Positions 27,202-37,530 of a stretch of 64,000 bases of DNA are shown piece by piece; position 1 is the first letter of the stretch, and each line of letters starts with the position of its first letter. A program made the position numbers and the translations under genes. The notes below the pieces were generated by a model that was given only the letters and a program-made list of their open reading frames with translations, did no database searches and was not told the DNA's origin. The stretch covers positions 96,001 through 160,000 of IMG/VR virus record IMGVR_UViG_3300012953_000013, one strand, 5' to 3'. The DNA is from a virus.

Positions 27202-30200
27202 TTATGCTCCCTCGGGTTTTGGATCGTCTTCTTCTTCTGGAGGTGGAGGTAGTAATTTAGCCAACGCCTCAGTCAACATTGCTTTCGTATTTGTTTCTGC
27301 TGTCAAAGAATGTCCAGAACCAAATAGACCTCTAACAATTCCACCAACATTATATGCTGGGGCTCGAATTGCTCCGTCGTAATCTAGACCAAGTGGAATA
27401 TCGTGAATTGGAGAGAATCCCATTGTTACTTTTACATAAGTCGGCGCCCTTCTTCCGGGAGTTTCATCCCAAGGGGCTAAATTCCAATCAAAATCAAGCT
27501 GGGTTATTGCTCCAGCAATACCCTTACCACCAGATTCATGAAAAGCACGAACTATGCTGTTTCCAGATATATCTCCCTCTTTAGTTCCGAAAAAGTCTTT
27601 GAGTCCATCTGCTGTAAAAAGAGTCGGTTCTGGTGGATCTGCAAACGGGTTAGGCAAGCCACCAGCACTAGCTGCTGAACCAAGAGTATTATTAATAGCG
27701 TCTAAAGCGGCTTGTTCATGATCTAAGATTAAATCCATATCTCCGCAAATAACACATTGGTTAGCGGGATCTTTTAAGCCTTTAACTAAAGGTCCAGCCT
27801 CGTCTAAAACCACAGCATATCTTACTCTAGCTTTTTCTTTTACTCTCGTTTTTGTGTTATCTGAAGCATTTTCTGTTCCCCCACCAGATACATCAACAAC
27901 TGGCCTGATAACAAAGCCAGCAACCTTACCTTTTCTATCAGCTTCTTGACTGGCTGGAACTTTAAGCTTTCCAAAAAATGCTTCTTTAAAATTAACTGTA
28001 GTTACATCTAATTTACAAATCTTGTATCTTGAAGGTTTTATTATCACTGTTGAACCGACTGCAAAACCTTTAGATACTCCGGGTATCATTGGAAGGCCTG
28101 CAGCAACTGCTATATTAGCTGCTATGGCTTCTTCATATGGGGGCGGGCCATTTTGAGCTTCTGCATGGAGGTTCTCCATATAGTCCATAACATTTTTAAT
28201 TTTCCCGTCCATGTCTTCTTGCTTATCAACTCCAATATCTTTATACGGAGCTTTACTATCTATTGTGAAACTTGAACTTCCAAGACCGAAAAGCCTAGAT
28301 AAACTTTGGATTGAATAGTTGCTTGACCAAAGTTCTCCAACTCTTAAGCGAATTATTGGAGAAGCAGTTGGAACTTGAGAGAATGGCATTATAAACGTGT
28401 TCTTTCCATCTGCAGATTTCTTCATTGTGCCTTTAGACCAAGATGGATATACCATAGCAACTAATCTATTGATTGCGAAATACATTTCATCCATATCTTC
28501 TGGTCCTGTAGCCACCATAAAGAAGCTCAACCCCATAGACCTCTTAGTCTTCTTATAGATCATGACGTCGTCCATCCTACCAAATCCGCCCATATTACTC
28601 CATTCAGGAGCAAAACTATCGGTAAAACTGTCTATAAAAGTGTGCATTGCTAAAATTTCATTAGTTCTAAGATCGTGAAAATAAAATGGTATGTAATAAG
28701 CATTTAGCTCATCTTCAAACTGCTGCCTTTCATCTGCAGTATATCTGCCGCCAAGAGGTCTTGCTGGAACATCATCGCTAGCAGATTGGGGAGATCCTTC
28801 ATCTTTTGGAGCAATTCCACCAAATTTCTGGGTTTTTTCTCCTAGTCTTCCAACACCTTTCGGCATTTTGCCAGCAACTCCAAAAGCTTCATTGAAACCC
28901 ATTGCAGCATTTGCGCCCAATACGTTTGGTGGCAACAAATATCTACTCGGAGTAGAACCAAATCTCCAAGCCAACCTATAGTCTGGATCTTTACCCATTA
29001 AAGTCCTAGATTTAATATGAAGATTTGCAATTCCAGGAGCTAATCTGTCTGGTTGTCCTTGGGCGCTTGTATATGGTGAAAATTCCATAGCTCCACCACT
29101 AAAACCACCGGACAATAATACTATATCCCCTAAAGAAGCAAGAGTGTTTAAAAACTGGAATGTTGTCGAGGTTGCAAAAGCGTCTAAGACAACAAAGACA
29201 CTCTCTAATCCTCCAACAATGTTACTAAAATCTGCTTCAGCAATTGAGTTTGAAATTTGTTCTAAATCTCTAATTGCAGCCCTAGAAACAATGATAAAAT
29301 ACCCTGATGAAATTACGTCTATGATTCTAAAGTAAAACTGTAAAATTCCATAAAACATAGCTGCTAAAAAGCTTTTTCCAGAACGCAATATTGGCATTCT
29401 TAAAAGTTTCATCAGCCATTTCCCAATAGTCAGATCACCGAAATCAGGTTGGCCTGCAGCAGCACCCATTGGAAGGGGCTCGGGAGTCTCTTCCACTTGG
29501 CCTGGTGGGAACATTAAGAAAATTAAGCTGATTATAGCCGCTAAAATTATTCCAGCAACTAAAACTGCTACAGCTGCTATAACCGCTAAAACGATCATCC
29601 CAGTGGGTAGAGGTCCGTCGAAAGGTTCTAAATAACTGTTTAGTTGCCCATAAGATTTTGCATTTTTAGCGTCAAGCCCTTCGGTATTAGCGCCTTTTCT
29701 TCTAATTCCATCCTGCTTTAAATCAGTATTGGGGTTTCCGGGGTGGTCGCCAAATGGATTTCCATGAGCGTTTTCAGTCCTAAGTGAAGATCGACTAACT
29801 TTCGCAAGTTGAAGCTGCACATCTATTCCTTGACCTATTGCATTTGTTTGATCTGCGCTGTCTGGATTAGCATCTGAATCACTTGCGCCAGCGGCTGAAA
29901 GCATCAATGAAAATCCTACTTTGGCCAACTCTTCAAAAGCTGCACCTTCAGCATCTTCATTGTATCTTCCCATGGTTTTCTGGATGCTGAACATACCGTC
30001 TGAATATTCTTTATCTTGGATGTATGGGGACTCTGTACCAGGTGAAAACCTGTTATATTTTAAAACATCTGAAACTTTTTTGCGAAGATCAACGCCTGGA
30101 TCAGATGCATTTTCTACCGTTTCATAAACACCACTCCAAACATCACCCACAACTTTGCCTAAAAGTTCATGTCCGTCAGTTTGGCTGCTTTTGTCTAAAA

Positions 30201-30567
30201 AGTCAGTTAAGGGGCCAATAGTACCGCCACCTTCGGCGTCTGGAGTAGAACCATCAGTAATAGTCGCATAATATGATTTTGCTACTTGCTGAACTCCGGC
30301 CATAAAACCATCAGGCATAACCCCATCGACAGCTATATCGATTAGTTCTGGAGTCCCTAAAACTAAAGGGTCATCCGGCGTTGTTTTTTCAACAGGAGCA
30401 GTTGGGTGGTATTGGTTTGTTTCTGTAGACGATAGCATCCACTGTCCCAAAGTCTCCATAGAGGAGTCTTTGAGATCTGACGTCTCAAATGCAACTGGTT
30501 CAGCCGGAGCTTCTTCAGCGGCTGGATCAGATGTTGGCGTAAAATCGCTATCTTTAACTTCAGACAC
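27202..30567 (-). CDS. large baseplate/tube-initiator-like protein with hydrophobic segments
   Basis: TFIDSFTDSFAPEWSNMGGFGRMDDVMIYKKTKRSMGLSF resembles gp48/gp54-type tube initiators; lies between TMP and LysM genes; GTG start with SD GAGG. Confidence 0.55.
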   Translation of the reverse strand: MSEVKDSDFTPTSDPAAEEAPAEPVAFETSDLKDSSMETLGQWMLSSTETNQYHPTAPVEKTTPDDPLVLGTPELIDIAVDGVMPDGFMAGVQQVAKSYYATITDGSTPDAEGGGTIGPLTDFLDKSSQTDGHELLGKVVGDVWSGVYETVENASDPGVDLRKKVSDVLKYNRFSPGTESPYIQDKEYSDGMFSIQKTMGRYNEDAEGAAFEELAKVGFSLMLSAAGASDSDANPDSADQTNAIGQGIDVQLQLAKVSRSSLRTENAHGNPFGDHPGNPNTDLKQDGIRRKGANTEGLDAKNAKSYGQLNSYLEPFDGPLPTGMIVLAVIAAVAVLVAGIILAAIISLIFLMFPPGQVEETPEPLPMGAAAGQPDFGDLTIGKWLMKLLRMPILRSGKSFLAAMFYGILQFYFRIIDVISSGYFIIVSRAAIRDLEQISNSIAEADFSNIVGGLESVFVVLDAFATSTTFQFLNTLASLGDIVLLSGGFSGGAMEFSPYTSAQGQPDRLAPGIANLHIKSRTLMGKDPDYRLAWRFGSTPSRYLLPPNVLGANAAMGFNEAFGVAGKMPKGVGRLGEKTQKFGGIAPKDEGSPQSASDDVPARPLGGRYTADERQQFEDELNAYYIPFYFHDLRTNEILAMHTFIDSFTDSFAPEWSNMGGFGRMDDVMIYKKTKRSMGLSFFMVATGPEDMDEMYFAINRLVAMVYPSWSKGTMKKSADGKNTFIMPFSQVPTASPIIRLRVGELWSSNYSIQSLSRLFGLGSSSFTIDSKAPYKDIGVDKQEDMDGKIKNVMDYMENLHAEAQNGPPPYEEAIAANIAVAAGLPMIPGVSKGFAVGSTVIIKPSRYKICKLDVTTVNFKEAFFGKLKVPASQEADRKGKVAGFVIRPVVDVSGGGTENASDNTKTRVKEKARVRYAVVLDEAGPLVKGLKDPANQCVICGDMDLILDHEQAALDAINNTLGSAASAGGLPNPFADPPEPTLFTADGLKDFFGTKEGDISGNSIVRAFHESGGKGIAGAITQLDFDWNLAPWDETPGRRAPTYVKVTMGFSPIHDIPLGLDYDGAIRAPAYNVGGIVRGLFGSGHSLTAETNTKAMLTEALAKLLPPPPEEEDDPKPEGA

Positions 30568-30589
30568 AATTACCTCTTAATATCCTTAA

Positions 30590-30895
30590 TTATCTTCCAC
30601 CCATTTTTTTCTTAGCAAGTTCCTGGAATCTTTTCTTTCCTTCAGGGGTGCTAAGCATTGTCTTAAAGTGGTCTAAAACTTTTTGGTATTTTTCTGACTG
30701 AATTTTGGCTTCTTTAAGAACTTCAGATTTTTCTACGTCTTGAAGATCTTTAGTTACTTCTTTAAACGCAGCAGTTTCTTGTAGAAACTCGAATATATTC
30801 AGCTTGTTGATTTCTTCTACAGTTTCTCCGACTCCAAAAGGGCCGCCTCTTTCGTCAAATTTAACTTTATTTTTTTGTTCGTCTTTTTTACTCAT
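30590..30895 (-). CDS. hypothetical protein
   Basis: 101 aa charged ORF, SD AAGGAG. Confidence 0.6.
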   Translation of the reverse strand: MSKKDEQKNKVKFDERGGPFGVGETVEEINKLNIFEFLQETAAFKEVTKDLQDVEKSEVLKEAKIQSEKYQKVLDHFKTMLSTPEGKKRFQELAKKKMGGR

Positions 30896-30904
30896 TTTAT
30901 CTCC

Positions 30905-33900
30905 TTAAGCTGTTGAGCCTCCAAGTGATGAAACTCGAGAACTTGACCCTCTCAATACTAAATCACTCTCAATTAGTGGTGTAGCAACATCCATAGCCTT
31001 CATCGTGACATTTAAGCTCATGTTAATAGTAACATTACCATCCGCAATTGTAATATTATCTCGCTTAACTCTAAGGCTTTCGTTAACTTGCTCTAGAACA
31101 GCATCGATATTTAATGGTGTTATATTTGAGAGTCTTGCTGCTTGATCGTTGTATGCTTGAACAATATCTGCAATATGTTTTACGCCTTCTCCAACGGCGA
31201 CCTGATCAAAATCCATAATACCGGATTCTGCAATATCGGCTGCCATATCAGTAAAGCCTTTAGACATCCTTCCAAGATCTCTAGCGCTGTTAATCCAACT
31301 AGTAGCCATTTCCGGATTAATTGTAAATCCTCCTGAAGCAGCTAAAGTAGCAGCGGTATTAGCCCAAACATCTAAGCCAATGATATCGGCAACATGATTA
31401 ACCATTTGAACAATTGCTGTGCTGGCAGCTCCGCCACCTTCAGAAAAATCTTCATTAAGAGCTGATTGGTTTTCTTCCCACGCTTTTAAGATTTTTCCAA
31501 TGCCATTAATCATATCTCCAAACGCTTTGGCTTTTTCTCCCATTCCTTCTGGCATCGCCCGAAGACCACGGACCATTGATCGTACCAATCTTGGAATAGT
31601 TGGCCCAATTCTATCAAGAAGCGTTGTCATCGCGCCGACGACAGCGTTAATTTTTTCATCTACACCCTCACCGGTGACTGCACCGACAATTGAGTCCATT
31701 GCCCCATGATTTTCTACGACTGCTGTAATTGGTCCCGACATAGCTGAAGCTAAGTTTGCAACTCCACCAACCATGCCCGCAATAGCTTCAGCACCCTTAA
31801 GCGCTTTTTCATCCATTTTACCAGCCATGCCCACCAGAAGCTCGATCATTCGAGTCATAGTATCGCCAACAGCTTCAATGAACCTAACAGACATATTAAC
31901 CATATCATCCATGCTGGTATCACCAAATACTTCGCTGGCTACACCAACCATTGCCATGTCTAGTCCAAGGCCACCAATAGCTGCAGTGGCTTCTATTACT
32001 TTACCAACAATGTCTACAATTTGTGCAGTTCTTTCAGGATCGGCGACAGGCACCCTCATTACAGCATCAATAACTCTGCCAACATCATCAAACGCCGTTG
32101 ATGCAAAGTCTGCTGCAGCAGAAATTCCTTCTTGGATAAACCTTACTACTGGCATAAACAGCCTGAATGCCGCGCCAAGAACTGCGAGACCTGCAACTGA
32201 AGAGAGTGCTCCCTTCATTACATCAATAGCACGCTCGATTTTGTCCATTCCGCCAGGCATTGCATCGAAAATCTTGACCATTCTGGCTAGGGCTGTTGCA
32301 AATGTACCTGCAGCTGCAACTAATAAATCAGCCCCGGCTTCTAGGCCCGGAACTGCTGCAAGGAGAACTGGAATTGCAAGAGTAAGGGCAGCTCCACCGA
32401 TAGCGAGCCCTGCAATCGCTAAGAAAGTTAATCCCATTGTTCCGAGAATTCCAATAACTCTCATGAGATCCATTCCGTCAAATACCTTAACCACTTCTCT
32501 CAACGCTAGTGCAAACACGCCTCCTGCCACATACAAGAAGGCTGCACCTGCTAGCATACCTAGAGCACCAAGACCAAGGGTTATACCACCATCGGCAATC
32601 ATAGCGGCGCCGCCAAGAGCAGCACCCCAAACTGCAAGTGCTGATAAGCCTATCATCGCGAGGAGCTCTACAACTCTCAGAAAATCTATCCCTGCGAGGA
32701 CTTTATCAATTACCATGATGGCAACCGCAAACAATCCGCCCGCTATACCCAAGAATGCTGCAGCGGCAACCATTCCTAAACCGCCACGGATCATATCTGC
32801 TTCTTTGATCTGCTTAGCCATTTTAGAAAGCACCCAAGCAGCTCCAATAGCAGCGCCCATAGCTAAGAACGCTTTTCCAATATCTTCCCAAGCAATCGGG
32901 CTTAAGATAACTGCTGCTGTAGCGATGGCAATAGCCATAATAACAACAGTTCCGCCAATAAATGCAGCGACTTTCAATCCAGTTATAATAGCTTTGTTTA
33001 CATTACCTTCGTCAATGTCAGCGATATCGTTAATCGCGCCTGAAAGCCTTTCAGTAAAACTCTTTTTCGGAAGAGCGTTTTCATCGGATGCATTTTTTGT
33101 GTCTTCAGCCATTTTAACGCCTAGCCAAGAAAGAATTTTAGCTTTAAGGTATTCCATTGCAACAGCTTTAGCTAAAGCAACTGTAAACTGCAGTGCTAAC
33201 CAACCGGCCATGGCCGTTAATACTATGGCAACCTTACCCTTATGGGCCCACATTACTTGGCCCAAAGCTTTTGTTAGTTCCCAAATAAGCGTCGGCAAGG
33301 CATCCATGAGAGCGCCAAAAGCGTCGCCGAAAGCTCCCATAAGAGCTCCGCCAATCGTTGTTCTATCTCCGCCGCCTCCACCAGCACCTGAAAGAGCGTC
33401 TGCTAAACCGCGAATCATCTCAACAAGTTTTTCAGTAACCCAGGGTATCATTCCTGTGATAATACCACCAAAAGCATTAATCATGTTGACAGCACCCTCT
33501 TTCATCTTGTCGACAAAGGTGCCTGTTCTGCTTAAGTGGTCATCAAAGATTCCCATAAGGCTGTCCATCAAAGTTTGAACAGCAGCTGCTGGATCTGTAG
33601 CTAATTGGCCGAAAAACGTCCTAAAAACTTCTGTGACTTGGCTCATCGTGGTTCGCCACTCGCCTGGATCGAAAAATCCAGCAAGTCCCTCTAAAAAGTC
33701 TTTGACTCCCGGGAACATTTCAACGAACATTTTGCCAACTTCTTTACCGGCTTTGTGGACTTCTCGAAGCATTCCATAAAAATTCCGAGCCAAAGCAAGG
33801 AATTCTTTTGAGTTCATAATGCCATCAACAACGCCCTGGAAGAATGCACTAAATGGGCCGCCCATATTTTCTTTGCCACCACCTAGAGCTTCATGGACTT

Positions 33901-35428
33901 TATCAATAGATTTAGCCAACACAAGGTTAGCCTCTTCTTGGGAAATCGCACCGGCTGCGGCTGCATCAGCAGCTGAATTAAAGTCATCCAATCCAAGCTC
34001 AGCATTTTCCGGATCAAAAGCACCAGCCAATGCTTCTTGAGACATCCCTGTGATATCCGCCATTCTTGCTTTTTCTTGACGGCTCATCTCGTCGAATGAT
34101 TGGCCTGTCTCTAAGAATGATTGGCGAATCATCTCAGCTTTTTCAGCCGGATCAGCATTCATAAGCTCCATGGTATCTACAGTCATACCAAAAGTGCCTG
34201 CTAATTCACTGGCAGCTTGAGCGGCGCCTTCAAAATCATCAGTTTTTGCTGTGATACCTTGAAGGTCTTTCATGGCTATACCAAGTTTGGCAGCATAAGC
34301 TGCGGTTGATGTTAAAGACTCTACAGACATTCCACCGAAAGTAGCGTAATCTGCGGTCATATCATTAATATTCTTACCAATACGTTTAGCATCAACACCA
34401 AACTGTTGAGAGAGATGAACTGTTCCACGTGCGACATCATCTAGCATCGTGCTAAGTTCTTGGCCAGAGTGTGCAGCCATAAGTTGCATATTGGACATAG
34501 CTTCTGCTTCAATGCCCAAAGCTTTATTAGCTATAACATAAGAATCTATATTTTGCGCAAAATCATCAGCAACTTTTCCAAGTGTATCACCAAGCGCTGC
34601 CGCGACTTCTCCAGTATATTGAATGGCTGCTGCCATTCCATCAGGTCCACGGCCAAACATTGCAGTAGCGCTGGCACCTTCCATGCCCATATTTTTAACT
34701 GCCGTTTTTACTGCCGAGAACTCAGCACTAGAACGAGATATTTCTTTAGCTACCCCTTCCCATGCATTTGCTACTTGGACACCTGCGCTTCCTGCTTGGT
34801 GAGCTGCGTCTGCTAAGAGACCCATTCCGCCAGAAATAGCTCCGAGAACTCCCATCCCGACGTTTCTTACAGCGCTAAATGCTCCGCCGATTACATTTGT
34901 AATTTGTGTGAAACCAGAACTTAGGGCTTGGGTCAAGTCTCCTATAGAGATTCCTGCAAGAGCTGCAGAAAAAGCTTTTGCAGCCACACTTGAGCCTTCA
35001 ATGTTTTTAGCTACACCCTCGAATGGTTTGATTTTCTTGACTTGATCGAAGATATCACTGAGATTTTCGGCATCTTCAATGCCCTCTTTGAATTCGTCCC
35101 AGAAATCTTTTTGAGTTTTCTTTAGTTTGGCAGAATTTTTCGTAGCATTTTTTAACGCCTCTGCTAAGTTTGAAGATGCATCGCCAGATCCTGTAGCTGC
35201 TTTTTGTGCTGCTTGCAGGGCTGCGGCTAAATTACTCGTATTAGTACTTGATTCTTTAGTGTCGCCAGCAATTCCCCCCAAGGCTTCTTTAAGAGCTCCT
35301 GCTAAATTAGCTTGAGCGCCAAGGGAATTATTTTGGGCATTAATCAGGCTCTGACGGTCAGCCAACAATTGTTGGATCTGCCTTTGTAAATTTAGTTGAT
35401 TTTCTAAATTTTGGGTTTCGTCAGACAT
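30905..35428 (-). CDS. tail tape measure protein
   Basis: 1507 aa, Ala/Gly-rich, helical with amphipathic and hydrophobic repeats; downstream of tube and chaperone genes. Confidence 0.88.
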   Translation of the reverse strand: MSDETQNLENQLNLQRQIQQLLADRQSLINAQNNSLGAQANLAGALKEALGGIAGDTKESSTNTSNLAAALQAAQKAATGSGDASSNLAEALKNATKNSAKLKKTQKDFWDEFKEGIEDAENLSDIFDQVKKIKPFEGVAKNIEGSSVAAKAFSAALAGISIGDLTQALSSGFTQITNVIGGAFSAVRNVGMGVLGAISGGMGLLADAAHQAGSAGVQVANAWEGVAKEISRSSAEFSAVKTAVKNMGMEGASATAMFGRGPDGMAAAIQYTGEVAAALGDTLGKVADDFAQNIDSYVIANKALGIEAEAMSNMQLMAAHSGQELSTMLDDVARGTVHLSQQFGVDAKRIGKNINDMTADYATFGGMSVESLTSTAAYAAKLGIAMKDLQGITAKTDDFEGAAQAASELAGTFGMTVDTMELMNADPAEKAEMIRQSFLETGQSFDEMSRQEKARMADITGMSQEALAGAFDPENAELGLDDFNSAADAAAAGAISQEEANLVLAKSIDKVHEALGGGKENMGGPFSAFFQGVVDGIMNSKEFLALARNFYGMLREVHKAGKEVGKMFVEMFPGVKDFLEGLAGFFDPGEWRTTMSQVTEVFRTFFGQLATDPAAAVQTLMDSLMGIFDDHLSRTGTFVDKMKEGAVNMINAFGGIITGMIPWVTEKLVEMIRGLADALSGAGGGGGDRTTIGGALMGAFGDAFGALMDALPTLIWELTKALGQVMWAHKGKVAIVLTAMAGWLALQFTVALAKAVAMEYLKAKILSWLGVKMAEDTKNASDENALPKKSFTERLSGAINDIADIDEGNVNKAIITGLKVAAFIGGTVVIMAIAIATAAVILSPIAWEDIGKAFLAMGAAIGAAWVLSKMAKQIKEADMIRGGLGMVAAAAFLGIAGGLFAVAIMVIDKVLAGIDFLRVVELLAMIGLSALAVWGAALGGAAMIADGGITLGLGALGMLAGAAFLYVAGGVFALALREVVKVFDGMDLMRVIGILGTMGLTFLAIAGLAIGGAALTLAIPVLLAAVPGLEAGADLLVAAAGTFATALARMVKIFDAMPGGMDKIERAIDVMKGALSSVAGLAVLGAAFRLFMPVVRFIQEGISAAADFASTAFDDVGRVIDAVMRVPVADPERTAQIVDIVGKVIEATAAIGGLGLDMAMVGVASEVFGDTSMDDMVNMSVRFIEAVGDTMTRMIELLVGMAGKMDEKALKGAEAIAGMVGGVANLASAMSGPITAVVENHGAMDSIVGAVTGEGVDEKINAVVGAMTTLLDRIGPTIPRLVRSMVRGLRAMPEGMGEKAKAFGDMINGIGKILKAWEENQSALNEDFSEGGGAASTAIVQMVNHVADIIGLDVWANTAATLAASGGFTINPEMATSWINSARDLGRMSKGFTDMAADIAESGIMDFDQVAVGEGVKHIADIVQAYNDQAARLSNITPLNIDAVLEQVNESLRVKRDNITIADGNVTINMSLNVTMKAMDVATPLIESDLVLRGSSSRVSSLGGSTA

Positions 35429-35470
35429 CTACATCCTCTGGTGGCAATCTGTTGCTTTCAACTCATCAGA

Positions 35471-35477
35471 TAAGTAT
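35471..35477 (-). promoter_or_regulatory. late-type promoter ATACTTA (tape measure)
   Basis: Recurrent ATANTTA motif in an intergenic gap. Confidence 0.55.
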
Positions 35478-35523
35478 TCCATCAAACAAATGTTTGGCAA
35501 TACTCAGATGATAAATCTGATTC

Positions 35524-35772
35524 TTAAAACGGCCATCTCCAGCCAAACTCACGGCTGAAGTTTTTTGCTTTTTGGTTTTTTTGCTCCAGAGCAACTTCGA
35601 CATCTTCAGTTGAACCCTCTTGTAAAACGCAATAAAGGTTCTTAGAAGCTTCTAAAACTTCCTTGAACCTTTTTATTTGCGGACCGCTGCCTTTAATCTC
35701 TACCTGAGGTCTCATTCCGAGAATATAGGCAGCCGAACTTGATATAAGCTGTTTTTTATTTTTGGTTTTCAT
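35524..35772 (-). CDS. hypothetical protein
   Basis: 82 aa; SD GGTGGAG; ATAGTTA at 35795-35801. Confidence 0.65.
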   Translation of the reverse strand: MKTKNKKQLISSSAAYILGMRPQVEIKGSGPQIKRFKEVLEASKNLYCVLQEGSTEDVEVALEQKNQKAKNFSREFGWRWPF

Positions 35773-35807
35773 ACAATAACTCCACCTTTACATATAACTA
35801 TTAACTA

Positions 35808-36066
35808 TCACGTAAATCTGCGAAGTTTTGCTGGAACTTGTGCTCTTCCTCTTCCCTGCATGGCTCTAGTGTTTGGTTCATTTTGGGCAGCTCCTCTGCT
35901 AGCCCCATTAGATTTCTTAATCTCGCTATTCAATCTTTGAATAAACCATCTTCTCTTCCAAATGGGTATAGTCATGCACTCATGGTAGCTAAATCCCATG
36001 TAATACATTAATAGAAAAGTTTCTTCTAAATAGACTTCCTTATCATTCGGAGTCAGGCCAAAAAAA
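35808..36066 (-). CDS. frameshift extension of the tail assembly chaperone (GT/gp51-like part)
   Basis: The +1 frame is open from the U7 run at 36060-36066 (FF-GLTPNDKEVYLEETFLLMYYMGFSYHECMTIPIWKRRWFIQRL); ATG 36008 has no adjacent SD. Confidence 0.7.
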
Positions 36067-36906
36067 CGAGGCTCCCAGAGGGAGCTTTACCTCCGAAGAT
36101 TCAAGGCAGCTAGGACAGTCCATCCAAGCTTTCATGTCAATACCTGGCTCGTTTTTATCGATATACTTTCTCAGGAACAGTGAATCTTTCGCTGGCATAT
36201 TCCTAATAAAGAATCCGATTTTTGTCTTATCAGTAACATCATCAATTGAATGAATACTGTAACTCAAACGAGTCGTAACAAGGTTATCATTAAGCATACC
36301 CTGCTTCTTTTTTCTCTCTTGCATTTGAGATATTTCTTTTTCCTCTACACCAGTTAAGAAACGCCACTTAACTTTCTTTCGTGTAACTGGAAGTTCGCAC
36401 TCAAATAAATTAGCACCAGGAGAAATTGGAGCTATGTCCAGTCTCTTAATTGGAAGCTCAGCGAGGTTGAATTCTTGCTTCGACCTTTGGCCGCATGCTG
36501 GACAATCTACCTCAACCTTATATCCAACTCCATAACCTGTAATTCTTAATGCAACCATTAAAGCATTTCTATCGCCTGTAAGAGCTCGTTCTGCATCAAA
36601 CCCTTCGTCTACAACGCAAGACTTAAGAAGTTCAGAAACAACTGTACCCTTTTTAATAAGGGCTTTTGAAGTTAGAATATCTTCTTCTCTTGCCGTCATG
36701 GCTCTAATTGAAATGGTTTCTTTTCCGTGCATCGGTGAATCGGCAGGATATGTAATCCCCCTAGAGGGAAGTGGTACTGCTTCTACAGGAACTTCAAAAC
36801 CAAAATCATCTTTCATCACATTTCTCGATGGAAGACCTTGAGGGTTGCTACTTGCTCCCGTAAAAACTTCATTGCGTTTTGTTCTATCGCTTTTTTCTTC
36901 TGACAT
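36043..36906 (-). CDS. tail assembly chaperone / T4 gp26-like hub assembly protein
   Basis: VPLPSRG, IRAMTAREEDIL, GDRNALMVALRITGYG, two CxxC motifs, ends FFWPDSE; lies between tube and TMP. Confidence 0.82.
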   Translation of the reverse strand: MSEEKSDRTKRNEVFTGASSNPQGLPSRNVMKDDFGFEVPVEAVPLPSRGITYPADSPMHGKETISIRAMTAREEDILTSKALIKKGTVVSELLKSCVVDEGFDAERALTGDRNALMVALRITGYGVGYKVEVDCPACGQRSKQEFNLAELPIKRLDIAPISPGANLFECELPVTRKKVKWRFLTGVEEKEISQMQERKKKQGMLNDNLVTTRLSYSIHSIDDVTDKTKIGFFIRNMPAKDSLFLRKYIDKNEPGIDMKAWMDCPSCLESSEVKLPLGASFFWPDSE

Positions 36907-36947
36907 CTAATCAACTCCTATATGCAGAATACCATATAATTCAAATA

Positions 36948-36954
36948 TAAATAT
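36948..36954 (-). promoter_or_regulatory. late-type promoter ATATTTA (tail chaperone)
   Basis: Just downstream of the terminator, upstream of SD AGGAG. Confidence 0.55.
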
Positions 36955-36963
36955 ATCTCTTGT

Positions 36964-37001
36964 AAAATAAAAGGGAAAGCATAAAGCTTTCCCTTTTTTT
37001 T
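36964..37001. terminator. bidirectional intrinsic terminator after the tail tube gene
   Basis: AAAAGGGAAAGC-ATAAA-GCTTTCCCTTTT flanked by A/T runs. Confidence 0.85.
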
Positions 37002-37022
37002 ATGGAGCAATTTAGAAATATA

Positions 37023-37511
37023 CTAGTATTGCAGCACACAGTTATCAAACCGGATTGTCAATGCAATCTCGGTTGGATCTTCAGTACCATAATCTAGATC
37101 GCCAAATCCAGCGGATGTTAAGAAACATCCTTTAAGGTCCCATAATTCTACAACGGTACCTACTGGGTCAAGCATCTTGAGCTGGCAATCTCTCTTGTAG
37201 AAATCGGCATACCCTGATCTTCCTGAAACTGTTTCAGTATGAGTACGTACCCACTCCATGACTTGCTGCGCACCAGAAGGGGCAATTGGGTCATAAAGTG
37301 TAACGCTTATAGCGTCGTAGTTGAGCTTTCCAGCCAAATATCTGCGGCTATTAATATACTGGATCTCTTGTTCTGAAATTGTTACGTTTGGTCGGGCCGC
37401 AGCCTTCATTAAGAATGCATCAATCCCCTCTATAGCGAAAACCCATCGAAATTTTCTTTTGGGCTCGAACTTATTGGGGAGCATATCTCCAACTGCTAAT
37501 GTTTCTGCCAT
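37023..37511 (-). CDS. tail tube protein (gp19-like)
   Basis: FEPKRKFRW, AARPNV, YLAGK, LYDPI, LKGCF, LTIRFDN. Confidence 0.92.
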   Translation of the reverse strand: MAETLAVGDMLPNKFEPKRKFRWVFAIEGIDAFLMKAAARPNVTISEQEIQYINSRRYLAGKLNYDAISVTLYDPIAPSGAQQVMEWVRTHTETVSGRSGYADFYKRDCQLKMLDPVGTVVELWDLKGCFLTSAGFGDLDYGTEDPTEIALTIRFDNCVLQY

Positions 37512-37530
37512 TTTATTACTCCTATATCTC

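Noticed and set aside
31773-33578. 601 aa plus-strand ORF
   Set aside because: Antisense shadow of the Ala/Gly-rich tape measure gene; low-complexity A/P/S/I translation with no motifs or SD.
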